Shown here piece by piece: positions 48,277 to 61,000 of a stretch of DNA of 64,000 nt (position 1 is the first letter of the stretch; each line of letters opens with the position of its first letter). The stretch comes from Candidatus Lloydbacteria bacterium (GTDB lineage Bacteria; Patescibacteriota; Minisyncoccia; Phycocordibacterales; UBA6899). The position numbers and the translations under genes are program-made. The notes beneath the pieces are model-generated. The model worked only from the letters and a program-made list of their open reading frames with translations, did not search any database and was not told the DNA's origin. Location of the stretch: positions 4,881 to 68,880 of the forward strand of contig JAYSTI010000015.1 in the NCBI GenBank assembly GCA_043719805.1, given 5' to 3'.

Positions 48277-48840
48277 TTAGAACCAGTTGCTCCAGAACCG
48301 TTTGGCTCGCAGTGCGTCAGCATCTTCGGCATGGTTTTTGATGTACCAATTGCTCCAAAAGCGTTTTGCCGGCGGCACGTCAGCGCCTTTAGTGCGGTAT
48401 GTGTCGAGCCAGCCAATCCCCCAGGTGCGTTCGTGGCCCGAGGCACTTATCGCCTCTGGTGTTTCGGAATAGCCCTTTTTCTTGAGTCGCCAGATGCCGA
48501 TGCTCTCTCCGAGGCTGACGCCGGTGAGGAGTATGACGAAAGAAAAAAAGAACTCAGATGCCGGCGCAGAGCATATCGTCGTGAGTGCTACCGTACAGCC
48601 CGCTGCTGTGCCAAGATTGTCTAGTGCACCGAAGCCATTTTTTGAAGGTTTCATGACCCCAGTGACGAGCAACCCCGCGGATAGGAAGGTCGCATAAATG
48701 AGCAGACCTGGTGGCAGTGTCCTCATCAGCATCCATGTAATCCAAAAAACTATTGAGCCGATGATTGCGTAAGAAAGGAATGCGGCGACGCAGTCAAACA
48801 ACGTTGCGCGCCTCAGCAATTTCATTTGGTTTGTTTCCAC
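48277..48840 (-). CDS. Hypothetical polytopic membrane protein with C-terminal KRFWSNW(Y/F) repeats
   Basis: A 187-aa ORF with four hydrophobic helices. The perfect palindrome tatataatgtgtacg-gtc-cgtacacattatata lies 70 bp downstream. Confidence 0.45.
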   Translation of the reverse strand: METNQMKLLRRATLFDCVAAFLSYAIIGSIVFWITWMLMRTLPPGLLIYATFLSAGLLVTGVMKPSKNGFGALDNLGTAAGCTVALTTICSAPASEFFFSFVILLTGVSLGESIGIWRLKKKGYSETPEAISASGHERTWGIGWLDTYRTKGADVPPAKRFWSNWYIKNHAEDADALRAKRFWSNWF

Positions 48841-49090
48841 GTATGCTCCTTGTGTGTGGTCAATGAATCTATGAAAAATCTACATAAGAAATGGCTTTTT
48901 GTCAATTTTTGAATAATAAGGACGCGCGCGCGAGGGTAACCTGTGGAAAACTTTTGCAATGAAGCAAATGTGGTGCGGTTGAGCCATTGTGCCGTACCCG
49001 ATTTTGCGTAGAAATGAGGCCATTTTTAGGCATTTTTTTGGTAAAATAACGTGCATAACCGATCCTGTTGGAGGACTGGTATTTTGTTTC

Positions 49091-52000
49091 ATGCACAATC
49101 AATTTTCATTCATTTTGAGACGCCTGAATATCAGTTTTTCCGTGCGCACGCGCCTCGTTTTTGGGGCACTCGCACTCGTCGTAACGCTGTGGGCATTCAC
49201 ACAATTTGTGCTCGCAGAAAAGGAAGCGAATGTGTATATTTTTCCGAGTGCGATGGGCAGTGACGGCTGGGAGAATGATGAGGCATCACTAATGCAAGAC
49301 CTTTCTCCTGATGCGGAGCTTGTCGATTTTACGCGTGACAATTCTTCGCAGGTATTTTTTGGAAAACCCGTTTCGACTTCTACGGTCGACACGTCCGTCA
49401 TCGAGACGCCTGCTCCTGCGCCGGCAGAGGCCCCCATTGTTGAAGTAACAACAACACCTCAATCCGATGCTCCCGCATCGGTGACTGAAACACTTCCGTC
49501 TTTTCCAAATCCATTTGTTCCGTCGGGAATAAATATTGAGACGCCTGTCGTTGCACCCATGCCTACAGTCGAAGAGACTGCGCCAAGTGGTATTCAGTCA
49601 AAAATTGAACAGACGTTACGAGATTTTTTGACGCGTGTGTGGAGTCCCCACTCAGCAATCGCATTGGAAGTGCCAACGACAACGAGTGAGATAGTGAGTG
49701 ACGCACCGAACCTCTCTCTGGTAACGGACTTATTTATTTCAAGTGGTGTCGGTTCGCTCGAAGTGCCTCCGCTTGTTGAGGGCTCGAGTGCAAGCACCGC
49801 ATCGACATCCACATTCAGCGAAATTATTATCAGTGACATCGTACCTACGGGGGACACTGCGACGACGGCCGACGCTTCTCCTCTGCCAATTTTGCCCAGC
49901 GTTGAAAGTGCAGACCCGTACACCGTTGCACTTTGTACAACGCTCGGAAAAACGTGCCACGTCATGGAGTTCGACGGGTTTGGTCTAGGCGGCGCTCTCG
50001 ACAAAAATCCTCTTCTTGGCGCGACGCTGGAAATTTCGCTTGCGGGGTCCGGCGCATTCACCACCGGCGCATATGACCGCGTTATTGTGCGCGCGTACCA
50101 TGCGGGGCATTGGCAGTTTCTTGGGTCGACGGAGTTGCGTGGAGAAGTGTCAAACGGTAAGCACGGCGGATACCGGAAATACGAACTTCCGGATATCGCA
50201 GAATGGCAAGACCTTTCGGACCTCAAGATTGTCGTCGAGTACGACCGCACGAGTGATGCGGATGCATCTGCATACGTCGACGGCATCTGGATTAATGCGC
50301 GTTACGCGAATGACGCACTTGCCGATGCTTCCGCTGAAGATGTTGCGCTCTCAGGAATGAATATTCGCAGTACGCTTCTGGCAAAGGACGCTGAAGCAAG
50401 AAAAGCACGACGCGACAGATTGATGCTTCCCGAAGGCAAAGAACTCTCCTTCGTCAACAGACAAGATTATGCAGGCGCAACGCTTTCCGTCAAAACCGAT
50501 GATGCGGTCTATCACGCACTTGGGGATGGACGTACGTATTTCAATGTGACGAACGAGAGTGCTGACCCGCAGGTGGTGCGCGTGCAGTTCCACTTTCCCG
50601 TTGAGGGTGCGAACGTGAAGTCGCTTTCTCGGTTTGCGCACAACGTTCCGTACAAAGTGGGGCAATTGAAATACAATGACATCGGATATTTTTGTGATGC
50701 AGGATGGGAGTCGGGAACTTCTCCCTCGACATTTCGTTGTGCGGTAAACGAAGAAGTGCGCTCGTGTGACCGATTGAACGATGACAAAACAAATTGTATT
50801 ACCGTCGGTGCGCGCGTCGGACTTACCGAGGGGACGGAATACCGTGACGGATGGATGGAGGCAGCACTTCGCCCGGGCTCGATTATCGATGATGCGGGAC
50901 TCTTTGCAAAGGCGGTCGATCTCCTGTTGAACCAGCTTCCACCTGACATCATGCCGTCTACCGTTCTTCCTGTCGCACATCTCGGTGACTCCGTGCTCCT
51001 TCAGCCCGGGCAGACGATGTATTTCCGTGCGGACATTACTGTTCCCTTGAACGGTCGTGGAGACTTTTTTGTGGAGGCCGCGGCACAGTCCGGAGCATAC
51101 GGATTGGTCCGTTCTGGTTGGGACGGTTCGTGGAATCATCGTGCGCATATTTCCATCGACAATGAAAACATCACTACAGACGGCACATTTGCAATTCCCA
51201 TCTCACTTGATAATGCACCGTCCGGTTTTTGGGAACACGTTTCGCGGGACGGAAGCGACATTCGATTTGTCGATGAGGCCGCTGCCGCCGAACTCCCATA
51301 CTGGCTTCAAGCTTTTGATACCGAGAAAAAGACTGGGCTAGTTTGGGTTCGTGCGAACGGGAAGGACGGAGGTGCCTCTACGACGATTGCGATGTATTAC
51401 GATTTTGCGACGACCACTTCGCGTTCGGACCCTGCGGCACCATTCCGCACCACAGAACCTGAACCGCGCGGAATAATATTTGGCGGGAGTCAGTCAGACA
51501 TGACACTCCACGTCATTGCACTCGATGACAATGTGCGCGTTCTCGCATCGGACAAACCCGAGGTTGTTTTGAAGAAGGGAGAGAGTGCACTTTTCGACGG
51601 CATGAAACCGGGAAGCGTAATTTCTGCTGACGGTCCTATCGCCGCATCGGTCGAGGCGCCGGGTGCGAATGCAATTTATGTTCCGACGGGATATGCGGGT
51701 GACGAGTTTATTATTCCCGGGATAGGAGGGGAGCGCGAGCTTTCGCTCGGTGTGACCGCACCGAACGTTACACATGCGGGGCTTGGATTCACAAACGGCC
51801 CGGAAATACTCGATCCGGTACGAGGCTCCATCGTTGGGCGCCCAATTGCTCTGGATGAAAGCGTCACACTCACCGGTTCGGGCGACATCATCCCCGTACT
51901 CGGAAGCAACAGCCAATCATTTCCTACGCCGATTTATCCTGCAACTACCGAGGAGCTTTTCGGATTCCAAGTGGGGAGGAGTGTCGTCGGCGTAGCGTGG

Positions 52001-55000
52001 GACGCAACGGCATTTACGGTGGCATGTGGAAATGGTGCACGTCAGGAAGTTGACGGAAGACGAAAGGGGATGACCGTGAAGCTTGATCACTGCGGTGCAG
52101 GCGAGGGACTTCTCTCTGATGCAGTACGTGTTATGGGTGCAAGCAATCCGATAGGCATCGTCGGCGAGGTCAACGAAAATCTCACCGTCGCCGTGCCACG
52201 CAGTGAGTTTGCTTCATCGTATCTTTCACCTTACGATGCGACGGGCGTCTCGATACTTTGTGCCGGAGAAGACGGTGCCATGGATATCGGCGTCTTCGAC
52301 CCTCAGGGCGGGATACTTGCCTCTTCGACTTGCGCAGGTGCGGGCGTGTATCCGGGCAGAACATTCATTGCTCCGGTGAAAGATATTTTTGCGGCAGGGT
52401 TTTCGGTGCGGACGATATCTTCTCTGTCGCCGCAGACATTTCTCGCAGCAATCGTTCCGAGCGTGAAGGCAAGTGTGGACGCCAAGGTGTCACACGCACT
52501 TCTCCCGCTCATTTCGCCTCAGCTTTCTCGCGTATCGGGAGCACGTCATCCCGGGGCGCAGATCGGCGAAGAAGAGTTCGTGGTTCCCGGAGAGCATCGT
52601 CGACTTGATGTTGACGCAGACGGTCGTGATAAAGATCATTTTGGTAGATTGCTTTCAAAGGATCGCGAATTTTCTATTCACCAATTACCTGCGTTCGTTT
52701 TTCAGTACAAGCGTCAGGCAAACGGATTGTTGCAGAGTGTCCGCGACGTGTTCGGGGTGAAGCCGTTCAGCGTTTCTCGCGTCGTGCTGAAGCATGCAAC
52801 CATGGGTGATATCCCCGTCAATTATGACATCAGCTACGGCAACAACAATGAATGGTCAGTTGCGCTGAAAGACATGCATGGTGCGGTGCGTCCGGGAAAA
52901 TATACGCTGTACGTTGAGATCGCGGAGGGCGGTGAGGTGTATGTTGACGAGTACGATTTTTATTGGGGGGTTCTTGCAATCAATTTCAATAAAACTGTTT
53001 TTACGGAGGGTGAGAAGGTTGCAATTTCGGTCGGCGCACTTTCAAACAACGGCAACACTATTTGTGATGCGAATGTGAAATTGTGGATTACGGACACAGT
53101 CGGCGTTGAGGATGAGGTTTTGATGACACCATCCGGACTTTGTAATGGGAACAACGTCGTCGACGTGCCGGATTATTCGGCCATGTACGCACTTCCAAAC
53201 GCGACGGGAACATATAAGGTGAAGCTCGTGCGCTTTGATCAGTACGAAAATGTTGCGAGCCAAGTAAGCGACAGTTTCGAAGTGAGGGAGAGTGTTCCGT
53301 ATTCCGTGGAGCGTGATGGTCCAACGCGCATCTATCCGCTTGCACATTACCCGATGAAGATTCGCATTCATGCAAATGAGGCATTCGAGGGGAATATCGT
53401 GGAGCGCATCCCGGGGGATTTCACTGTTATCGACAGAGGTAATGCAAATTTAGAGTGGGGCGATGCTGAGCATACGTTTATCACTGCGACATGGCCGGTG
53501 AAGCTTTCTGCGGGCGGCTCCATTGACCTGCAATATACATTTGACGCACCGGACCGCTCGCCGTTCCTTTTCTTGCTCGGGCCACTCGAGATGACGAGCA
53601 CGAGCGGTGGGACGAATTTCTCCGAGTTGAGACAGTGGCAGATTGCGTCCGATGCGGCAGGGAAGATGATTTTGTATTGGGATGGAGGCGCAGCTCCCTC
53701 GGGGTGGACCTGTGTTTCATGTTTGGGAAGCGACCCTTTTTCGTTTCGCATTGCCATGGGTTCATCAACATATGGCGGGCAAGGGGGTGCAACAACGACG
53801 ACACATACGGTTTCCGGAACAATAAATACCGCGACATCGACGGCTGTTGCGGAAAGTACCCAGAACAATTTGCTCCTTGCGGATAATTTGCACGGACATT
53901 CGGTCACTCCCAATGTTGTCGCCGCAACAAATACACCGCTTTCCAAGACACTACGCGTCATTCAGTCGACCTCGGCGGGGGAGCCACCATCATTGCCGGT
54001 GGGAGCTATTGCAATGTTTGATATTGCCTCCACCTCACTTCCGTTGACGTGGTATCGCTATGCTCCGATGGATGGGTATTACGCAATGGCTTCGACATCG
54101 GTCGGCTCGACCACTGGTGCCAATACTCATGCACATACGGTGACCGGTTCAACGTCCCCCGCAACCGGCAATGGATATCGTTCGCGTACTCCGACTATCT
54201 CCCCTCAGCCCGCACTACTCAGCCACGTCCACCGGTTTTCAACCTCAACAAACCCCACGGTAAACAATGAGCCGCCATACGTTGAGGTGCTTTATGCTCG
54301 ACTCACTGTGGCAACGACAACCTTACAGAATTTCAATGGCATGATAACGATGTGGGACAATACACCACCTGCAGGGTGGACAAATCAGTCAGACGCGGGG
54401 CAAGTCTTTGATGGAAAGTTTTTGAAGGCATCGACAACATATAGCGGCACGGGGGGTGGTACGACGCACACGCACATCGATATGAGTGGAGGAGCTGTCC
54501 AGTCGCCTGATGCGCAGGCAAATGGACGCACGCCGACTTCCCCCGTTGTTGTACAATCAGCACCGGGAGACCATTCACACGCTTTCAATCTCAGCGGCTA
54601 TTCGACTGATACGAGTTTGCCTAATTACATCGAAGTAATTTTTGCAAAGCGCTTCAGCGGAATTACTGTTTACGCACAAGACAATCATCTTTGGTATGAC
54701 AACGTAAATGCTAATACCCCGACAGACATCTGGCCTCCGGGAGGATCAACCCTTGGCGAGGGGGACGCTATTACTGTTTCAACGCAGCCGCCAATTCCGG
54801 GAAATGTGCTTCGATTGCGCATGACGTTCAACGTTACGAATGCGACAGCAACAGCATTGTCGCAGGCGTTCAAGCTGCAGTATGTTGCAGCGGACAGCGG
54901 TACCTGCGCATCGGCACTCATGTGGACCGACGTCGGGGCTATCGGCGCAGGTGGGGCACTTTGGCGGGGATACAACAATGCGGGAGTTACTGACGGAGCA

Positions 55001-58000
55001 AACCTCTCGTCATTGTTGTTGACGAATTCAAATGTCGGGGAAAGTTATACGGAGCAAAATAATTCTTCTTCAACCCCGACAGAAATTCCGCTTCTCCAAA
55101 CTGGAGAGTGGGATTGGGTAATACAGGACAATCTTGCGACAGAGGGAACAAATTATTGTTTCCGCATGGTGAAGTCGGACGGTACTCCCCTGGACACGTA
55201 TACTGACTATCCCGAGGCAATCACAAATAGTGCTCCCGACCTGCCGGTGCAAACTATTCCATTTGATAATCAAAAAGTAAGTAGCGTGACCCCCGACTTT
55301 CGATTCGTCGGCGTTGACCCTGAATTGAACGACCTCGACTACGAGATACAGATCGACACTACCGCGACGTTTACTGCGCCGTTCATCGACAAGGAGTCAA
55401 CAGCAAACCCTGAATTGTTTGACAACATCAATACTCCTGCAAATAAGGCGCCATTCTATTCCGGAGATACAATCCACTTTGCTCCAACTACCGCCCTCAC
55501 GAATGGTGTCACCTACTGGTGGCGCGTGCGCGCAAAAGATACCAATGCATCCAATACATATGGTGCGTGGTCGGCGATACAAAGTTTCACTATTGATACG
55601 AGCGTTGTTCGCACGACGTGGTTCCAGACACGACAGATACAATTTTTGAATGATACTTTTGATGGTGCGACTACGACTGGTGCGAATGATGTGCAACTTG
55701 TTGTGGGTTCATCGACGGGTTACATTTATTCACAGCCGATATACTTTAGCGTGCGCGGAGCGGAAACTGTGTGGGCGACTACCTCATGGAGTAGAGACGA
55801 AACGAACGGCACAGTACGATTGCAAGTTGAATATTATACGTCGACCAGTTCATGGGCGCTTATCCCTGATGCGGATTTGTCCGGGAATGCCGCGACTTTT
55901 GGAGGTGGGTCGAAGTCGCTACTCACACTTGATCCGAATACGTATTCAATAATTCGTCTCAAGGCTACATTGATCAACATCAGTGGTTCGCCGATACTGC
56001 AAGATTGGACCGTTTCATGGGGGTATAAGGTGGTGACTCCGACACAATATCTTCCCTTTGATAATGCGAAAGTAGGCACGACGACGCCGTCATTCGAGTT
56101 CCGCTCGTCCGACCCTCTTGGGGGAGACCTCTACTATGAAATTCAGTGGTCGACAACCTCTGCATTCACCTCTTCCACAACGCGAAATTCGCAGGCAAGC
56201 ACCACGGCATTTATAAATATTCAGAATGCCACGGACACCCAACCGTTCAATTCCGGTGACCGTATTCGCTTTACGCCATACGGGGGCGACACACTTTCTG
56301 CAACAACAACCTATTATTGGCGTGTGCGCGCGAAGGACGTCAATGGTACGAACGTCTTTTCTTTCTGGTCTTCAATCTGGAGTATCACGACCGATTCTGC
56401 GCTGACATATACGACGTGGTTTCAAACTCATGACGGGCAATTCTCGACTGACGCCCTCACGAGCATGGAGACGTTTGCATCAAATACATTGCGAGTCGCG
56501 ACGACGACCGGGGATGCGATGTTTGCGTATGCTTCAGGGGTAAATCAGGCGCCGAAGTATCGTCTCTGGGACGGTGCTTCGTGGGGTTCTTCTGCGGCAT
56601 CACTCAGCGCATCTTCCACCATCCAATGGGTAGTACTTAAGGCATCGACACTTTATGGCGAGTATCTTATGGGGACGATTGGAGCCAATAAGCATGCGAT
56701 TTTTCAGGTTTACAAAAACGGCGCTTGGGGAAATTCCTTGAGTCTTACGACGACCGTGGCGAATGTTTCGCGACGTGGAATTGCAATTGCGTATCAGACG
56801 TTATCCGGTAATGCGGTTGTCGCCGCATGTGACGGTGATGCGGACCCGAGATATGCGATATGGAACAGCACGTCATCCTCCTGGTCGGCAACGGGGACTA
56901 TCAACGTGGCAAGTGTGAACAACTGCGAGTGGCTTCGACTTGTTTCAAGTCCTATTTCAAATGAAGTCATTGTCATGGAGCGCGATACGGGTGCCGCGTA
57001 CGAGGCACAAGTGTTGAATGGGACTACGTCGACGTGGGGGAACGCAACGACGTTTGGTGGAATGACCGAAACGGGTCATGAGGGAATGGCTTTGGAATAT
57101 GAGCGAAGTGGATATCAGGCGATTGCGTTATCTTCGAGATTGAACACGGCAAATTTTGGTTGGCGTTCATGGGATGGTTCGATTTGGTCTGCCGCACTCA
57201 CGAATCAGTCAATAACCGACGACTTCGAATGGGGGAATCTTAAGGTGCCGGGTTACGCGACGGACACATTAGCACTGTGTTATGAAAATCAAGTTGACGA
57301 CCATTACGTCATTCGCTGGAATGGAGCTGCGTGGGTGGGCAATACCGTCATGACGGCAACGGGTAATACAAAAAACGACAACCGTTCGATTGACTGTGAT
57401 TATGATGCCGCAACGTCGACCGATAAGTCGAACGTTGTTGTTGCATATAGTGACACGACCAATGCGCGCTATAAGGTGTTTCAGTCGACAACAACCCCGT
57501 GGTCGTGGTGGAGCCAAGGAACTATTTCCACCATTCCTGCTTCTGCGGCGGTACAAACAGCGCGTACGCTTGGAGGAAAGATACTTGCGGTGTTTCTCAA
57601 TAAGACCGCGAAGAGTTATGACTTTTCTGCATGGAATGGTTCGACGTGGTCGACTACGCAAACACTAGAGACAACATCGTCGGTGTCCGCATCTCCATAC
57701 GCCGAGCCTTTTATGCTTGCCGCGAAAAATCCCGCAACGCAAGGCTCCGTTGTTTCTACGCAGATTAATTTTGCAGACGGACTTTCTCCTGCATGGAGGC
57801 AAGTGTTATGGAGCGCGCAAAAACCTACGGGAACCACGTTCGTTGTCCAAGTTCAATATTTGGATTCAGGAACGGGGGCGTGGACACTCATTCCCAATGC
57901 CCAGATTCCTGGAAATGACGTCGGAACAACGACCTCGCCAATCTCAATCTTAAATTTAAACACCACGACTTATGGCACGATACGACTTGTCGGTAGCGCT

Positions 58001-61000
58001 ACATGTTATTTTGGGACATGCCCGTTCCTCAATGATTGGTCTGTCGAATGGGCGCTGGGAATTCAAATTTCCGGAATAGCCCGCGCGCACGACCTCACCA
58101 CAAATGTGACATCAGGAACAGTCGCCGTTGCGGTCAACGGAGCGATTCAGACGGGTAGAACAGGAACGATAGCCGCGAACGGAAGTTGGTATATCGATAA
58201 TGTGAATGCGTTCGCGGGCAACGTAGTTACGGTGTTCATTTCGGGAGCAAATGACTTCAACGAAGCGGTTGCTGTGGCAAAATATACCGGACCCGGAGAC
58301 ATGGGCGGTATGAAGTTGAGCGAGCGGTGGCTCACGCTGGGGTCCGCATCAACTACGGGGCAGACGCTCACACTTACCGACATTGGTCGATATGATAATT
58401 CCATTTCAGCCAATGAAGATATTTTCTACGATGTCGGAGTCGGTGGAGATTATACTAATTGCGCGACAGGAGTGTGCCTCGATTCAAGTATCGATGTGTA
58501 CTCCAACACCTTCCGTCCGTCGACTTCCACGCCGCAGACAGTGAATACGTGGGACATGCGCAACGTCGCATATTTCTACGCAGATGCAAACACGGTGAAG
58601 GTGAGTGGTTCCTGGATAAACGTCGGCGGATTTACATCAAATGCTTCAACGATTATCTTCAATGCAACAAGCTCGACGCGCACCATTGATTCGACGGGTG
58701 CAGCGACCTCAACGTTCTTTAATGTGACATTCGGCGAGAGTGGAAACGTCGCAACGTGGGGATTGTCCAGTGCGTTCACTGCAACGGGAACAGTCTCTAT
58801 GAATTTTGGTACGACTTCACCGGGGACCTCCGCGATGACGCTTCAGGGTGACCTCTCAATCGGGGCGTCCGGGACATTCTTGAAGGGGACCGCGACGACG
58901 ACCTTTTCCGGAGCATTGTCAAAAACGTGGACAGACAGCACGGCATCGAAGCAGGACCTCGGAAATATTTTAATCGATGGAACAGCAAAGACATTAACAC
59001 TGGGTTCGTCTGTGAGGGCAAGTGCAGTGAAGATCGGCGCCGACGACATACTCAACGCCGGAGGAGCAAATACGATGACTGTTTTGGGCTTCTGGGAGAA
59101 TCTCGGAACATTCACTGCGCAGACGGGGACCGTGACATTCGCCACGACGACGGCAAGTCTTTCAATTAACCAAGGTATTTCAGATTTTTACAATCTTACA
59201 TTTAATGGCTCCGGCGGGTCATGGCGGTGGTTGAACACCAATGCAACCGCAACTGCTAATGTGACAATTACCGTCGGCACCGTCACCCTCCCCGGGGGAA
59301 CTCTTGCAGTCGGTAGCTCGTTTGATAACTCCGGCGGTACATTCGTGAATAGCAGTGGTGCAATCAAGTTTACTTCGACAGCGACGGGGAGAAATGTTCG
59401 ATTCAACGGCTCCAATGCTTCCACGCTTTTGTTTTCGGGTACTGGCGGTGGATGGACATTCCTTGATGCAAATGCGACTGCAACACAGGACGTCTTTATT
59501 ACTGCAGGTACGCCAACATTCCCAAGTGGTACGCTTGAAGTAGGTCGCGATTTCTTGAATCAAAGCGGAGCATTCACGGCCAACGGAGGCACACTCAAGA
59601 TGACGTCGACCTTGTCGGGTCGGTCCATCACCTTGTTTGGTTCTTCGCTCGCGTCGCTGCTTATTGCTGCCGCCGGCACCTTTACCATCACCGACACCAA
59701 CGCAACTGCAACCGCAGATGTCATGTTCGCCGCCGGAACGACGGTGTTCCCATCCGGAACGTTTGCCATCGGTGGGTCATTCACAAATAGCGCGGTGTTT
59801 ACGGCAGGAAGTCAGGTTGCATTTAATGCTTCATCGGGAACGAAGCTCGTCAATCCCGGTAGTTCATCGTTTGTGAACGTAAGTGTCAGGCCTTCAACCG
59901 GCGCGACCACAACTATCACAGCGAATGCGACCACGACGGGCACATTCACACTCGTCTCCGGCAATTTCTCGCAGACGACGGGAACCGCACTTGCCGTAGG
60001 CGGCGCCTTCACCAATCAGACGGGAGGTGCTGCGACGACGTGGACCGGCTCCACGCTTTCGCTCAATTCTGGTACGTCATTCACATTGAATACGAAGACG
60101 TTGGGTGGTGATGCATATGCAACAATGCGGCTCGTGGCAGGCACGAACATTCGCATGTGGGGCTCTTCCGTCAGCACCTACCAGCTCGCCAGTTTCTCCT
60201 CGATGTATTCCCAGAATAACGTGGGGATAAGCGGGGCGCTTCTCATTGCAGGGGACTACGCGCGTACGAGTGGAACGGATTATTGGGATTACGCAACCGA
60301 TTTTGACGGGACAGCATTAGGAGGAAGTTCGCGACAGGTAAATGTGCGCTTTACGCCGAATGCGACGACAACCTTTACCACTGGCGCCATCCTCAGCATT
60401 GTCGGCACTTCGACTGCAACGACAACCATAGACCGACAGACGACCGGCAGTTTCGCGATCTCGCTTGCGAGTACGACACTGAATGCCTCGTACTATCAAT
60501 TCCGAAACATGAATTCTTCCGGACTGAGTCTTTCCGGCTCCACGACCATCACATCGCTTTCTTACGGTGATTTTGAGGTCGCAACCGCGGGGGGTAGTGC
60601 GCTTACCATTGCGTCGACGACAGTGACGCATAACTCCGGATTACAAATATTCAACGTGCGTTTTGCGACAACGACCGCCATCTCCGCATTCAATGTGACC
60701 GAAGTGGGTACGCCGACTTCAGTGTCGTCATACATCCGCTTCAAACAACACTACGGAAATCTTGCCGGTGAAGGATTTGACGTCGATCCGGGAGGGAATC
60801 CGGGATACATCCGGTGGGATGATAGTTTGTTCGTCATTTCCATTTCGGGAACGGTTTATACTACTGCGCTTACGCCAATGGGTGCACCAACGTGTAACGA
60901 TGTAACGCCGAATGTGCGCGTGAAGGTTGACGGCTTGGGGAATTTTACTGCGGTATGTAGTTCTGTAGACGGCACATTTACTGTTCCGGGCGTTACCTTT

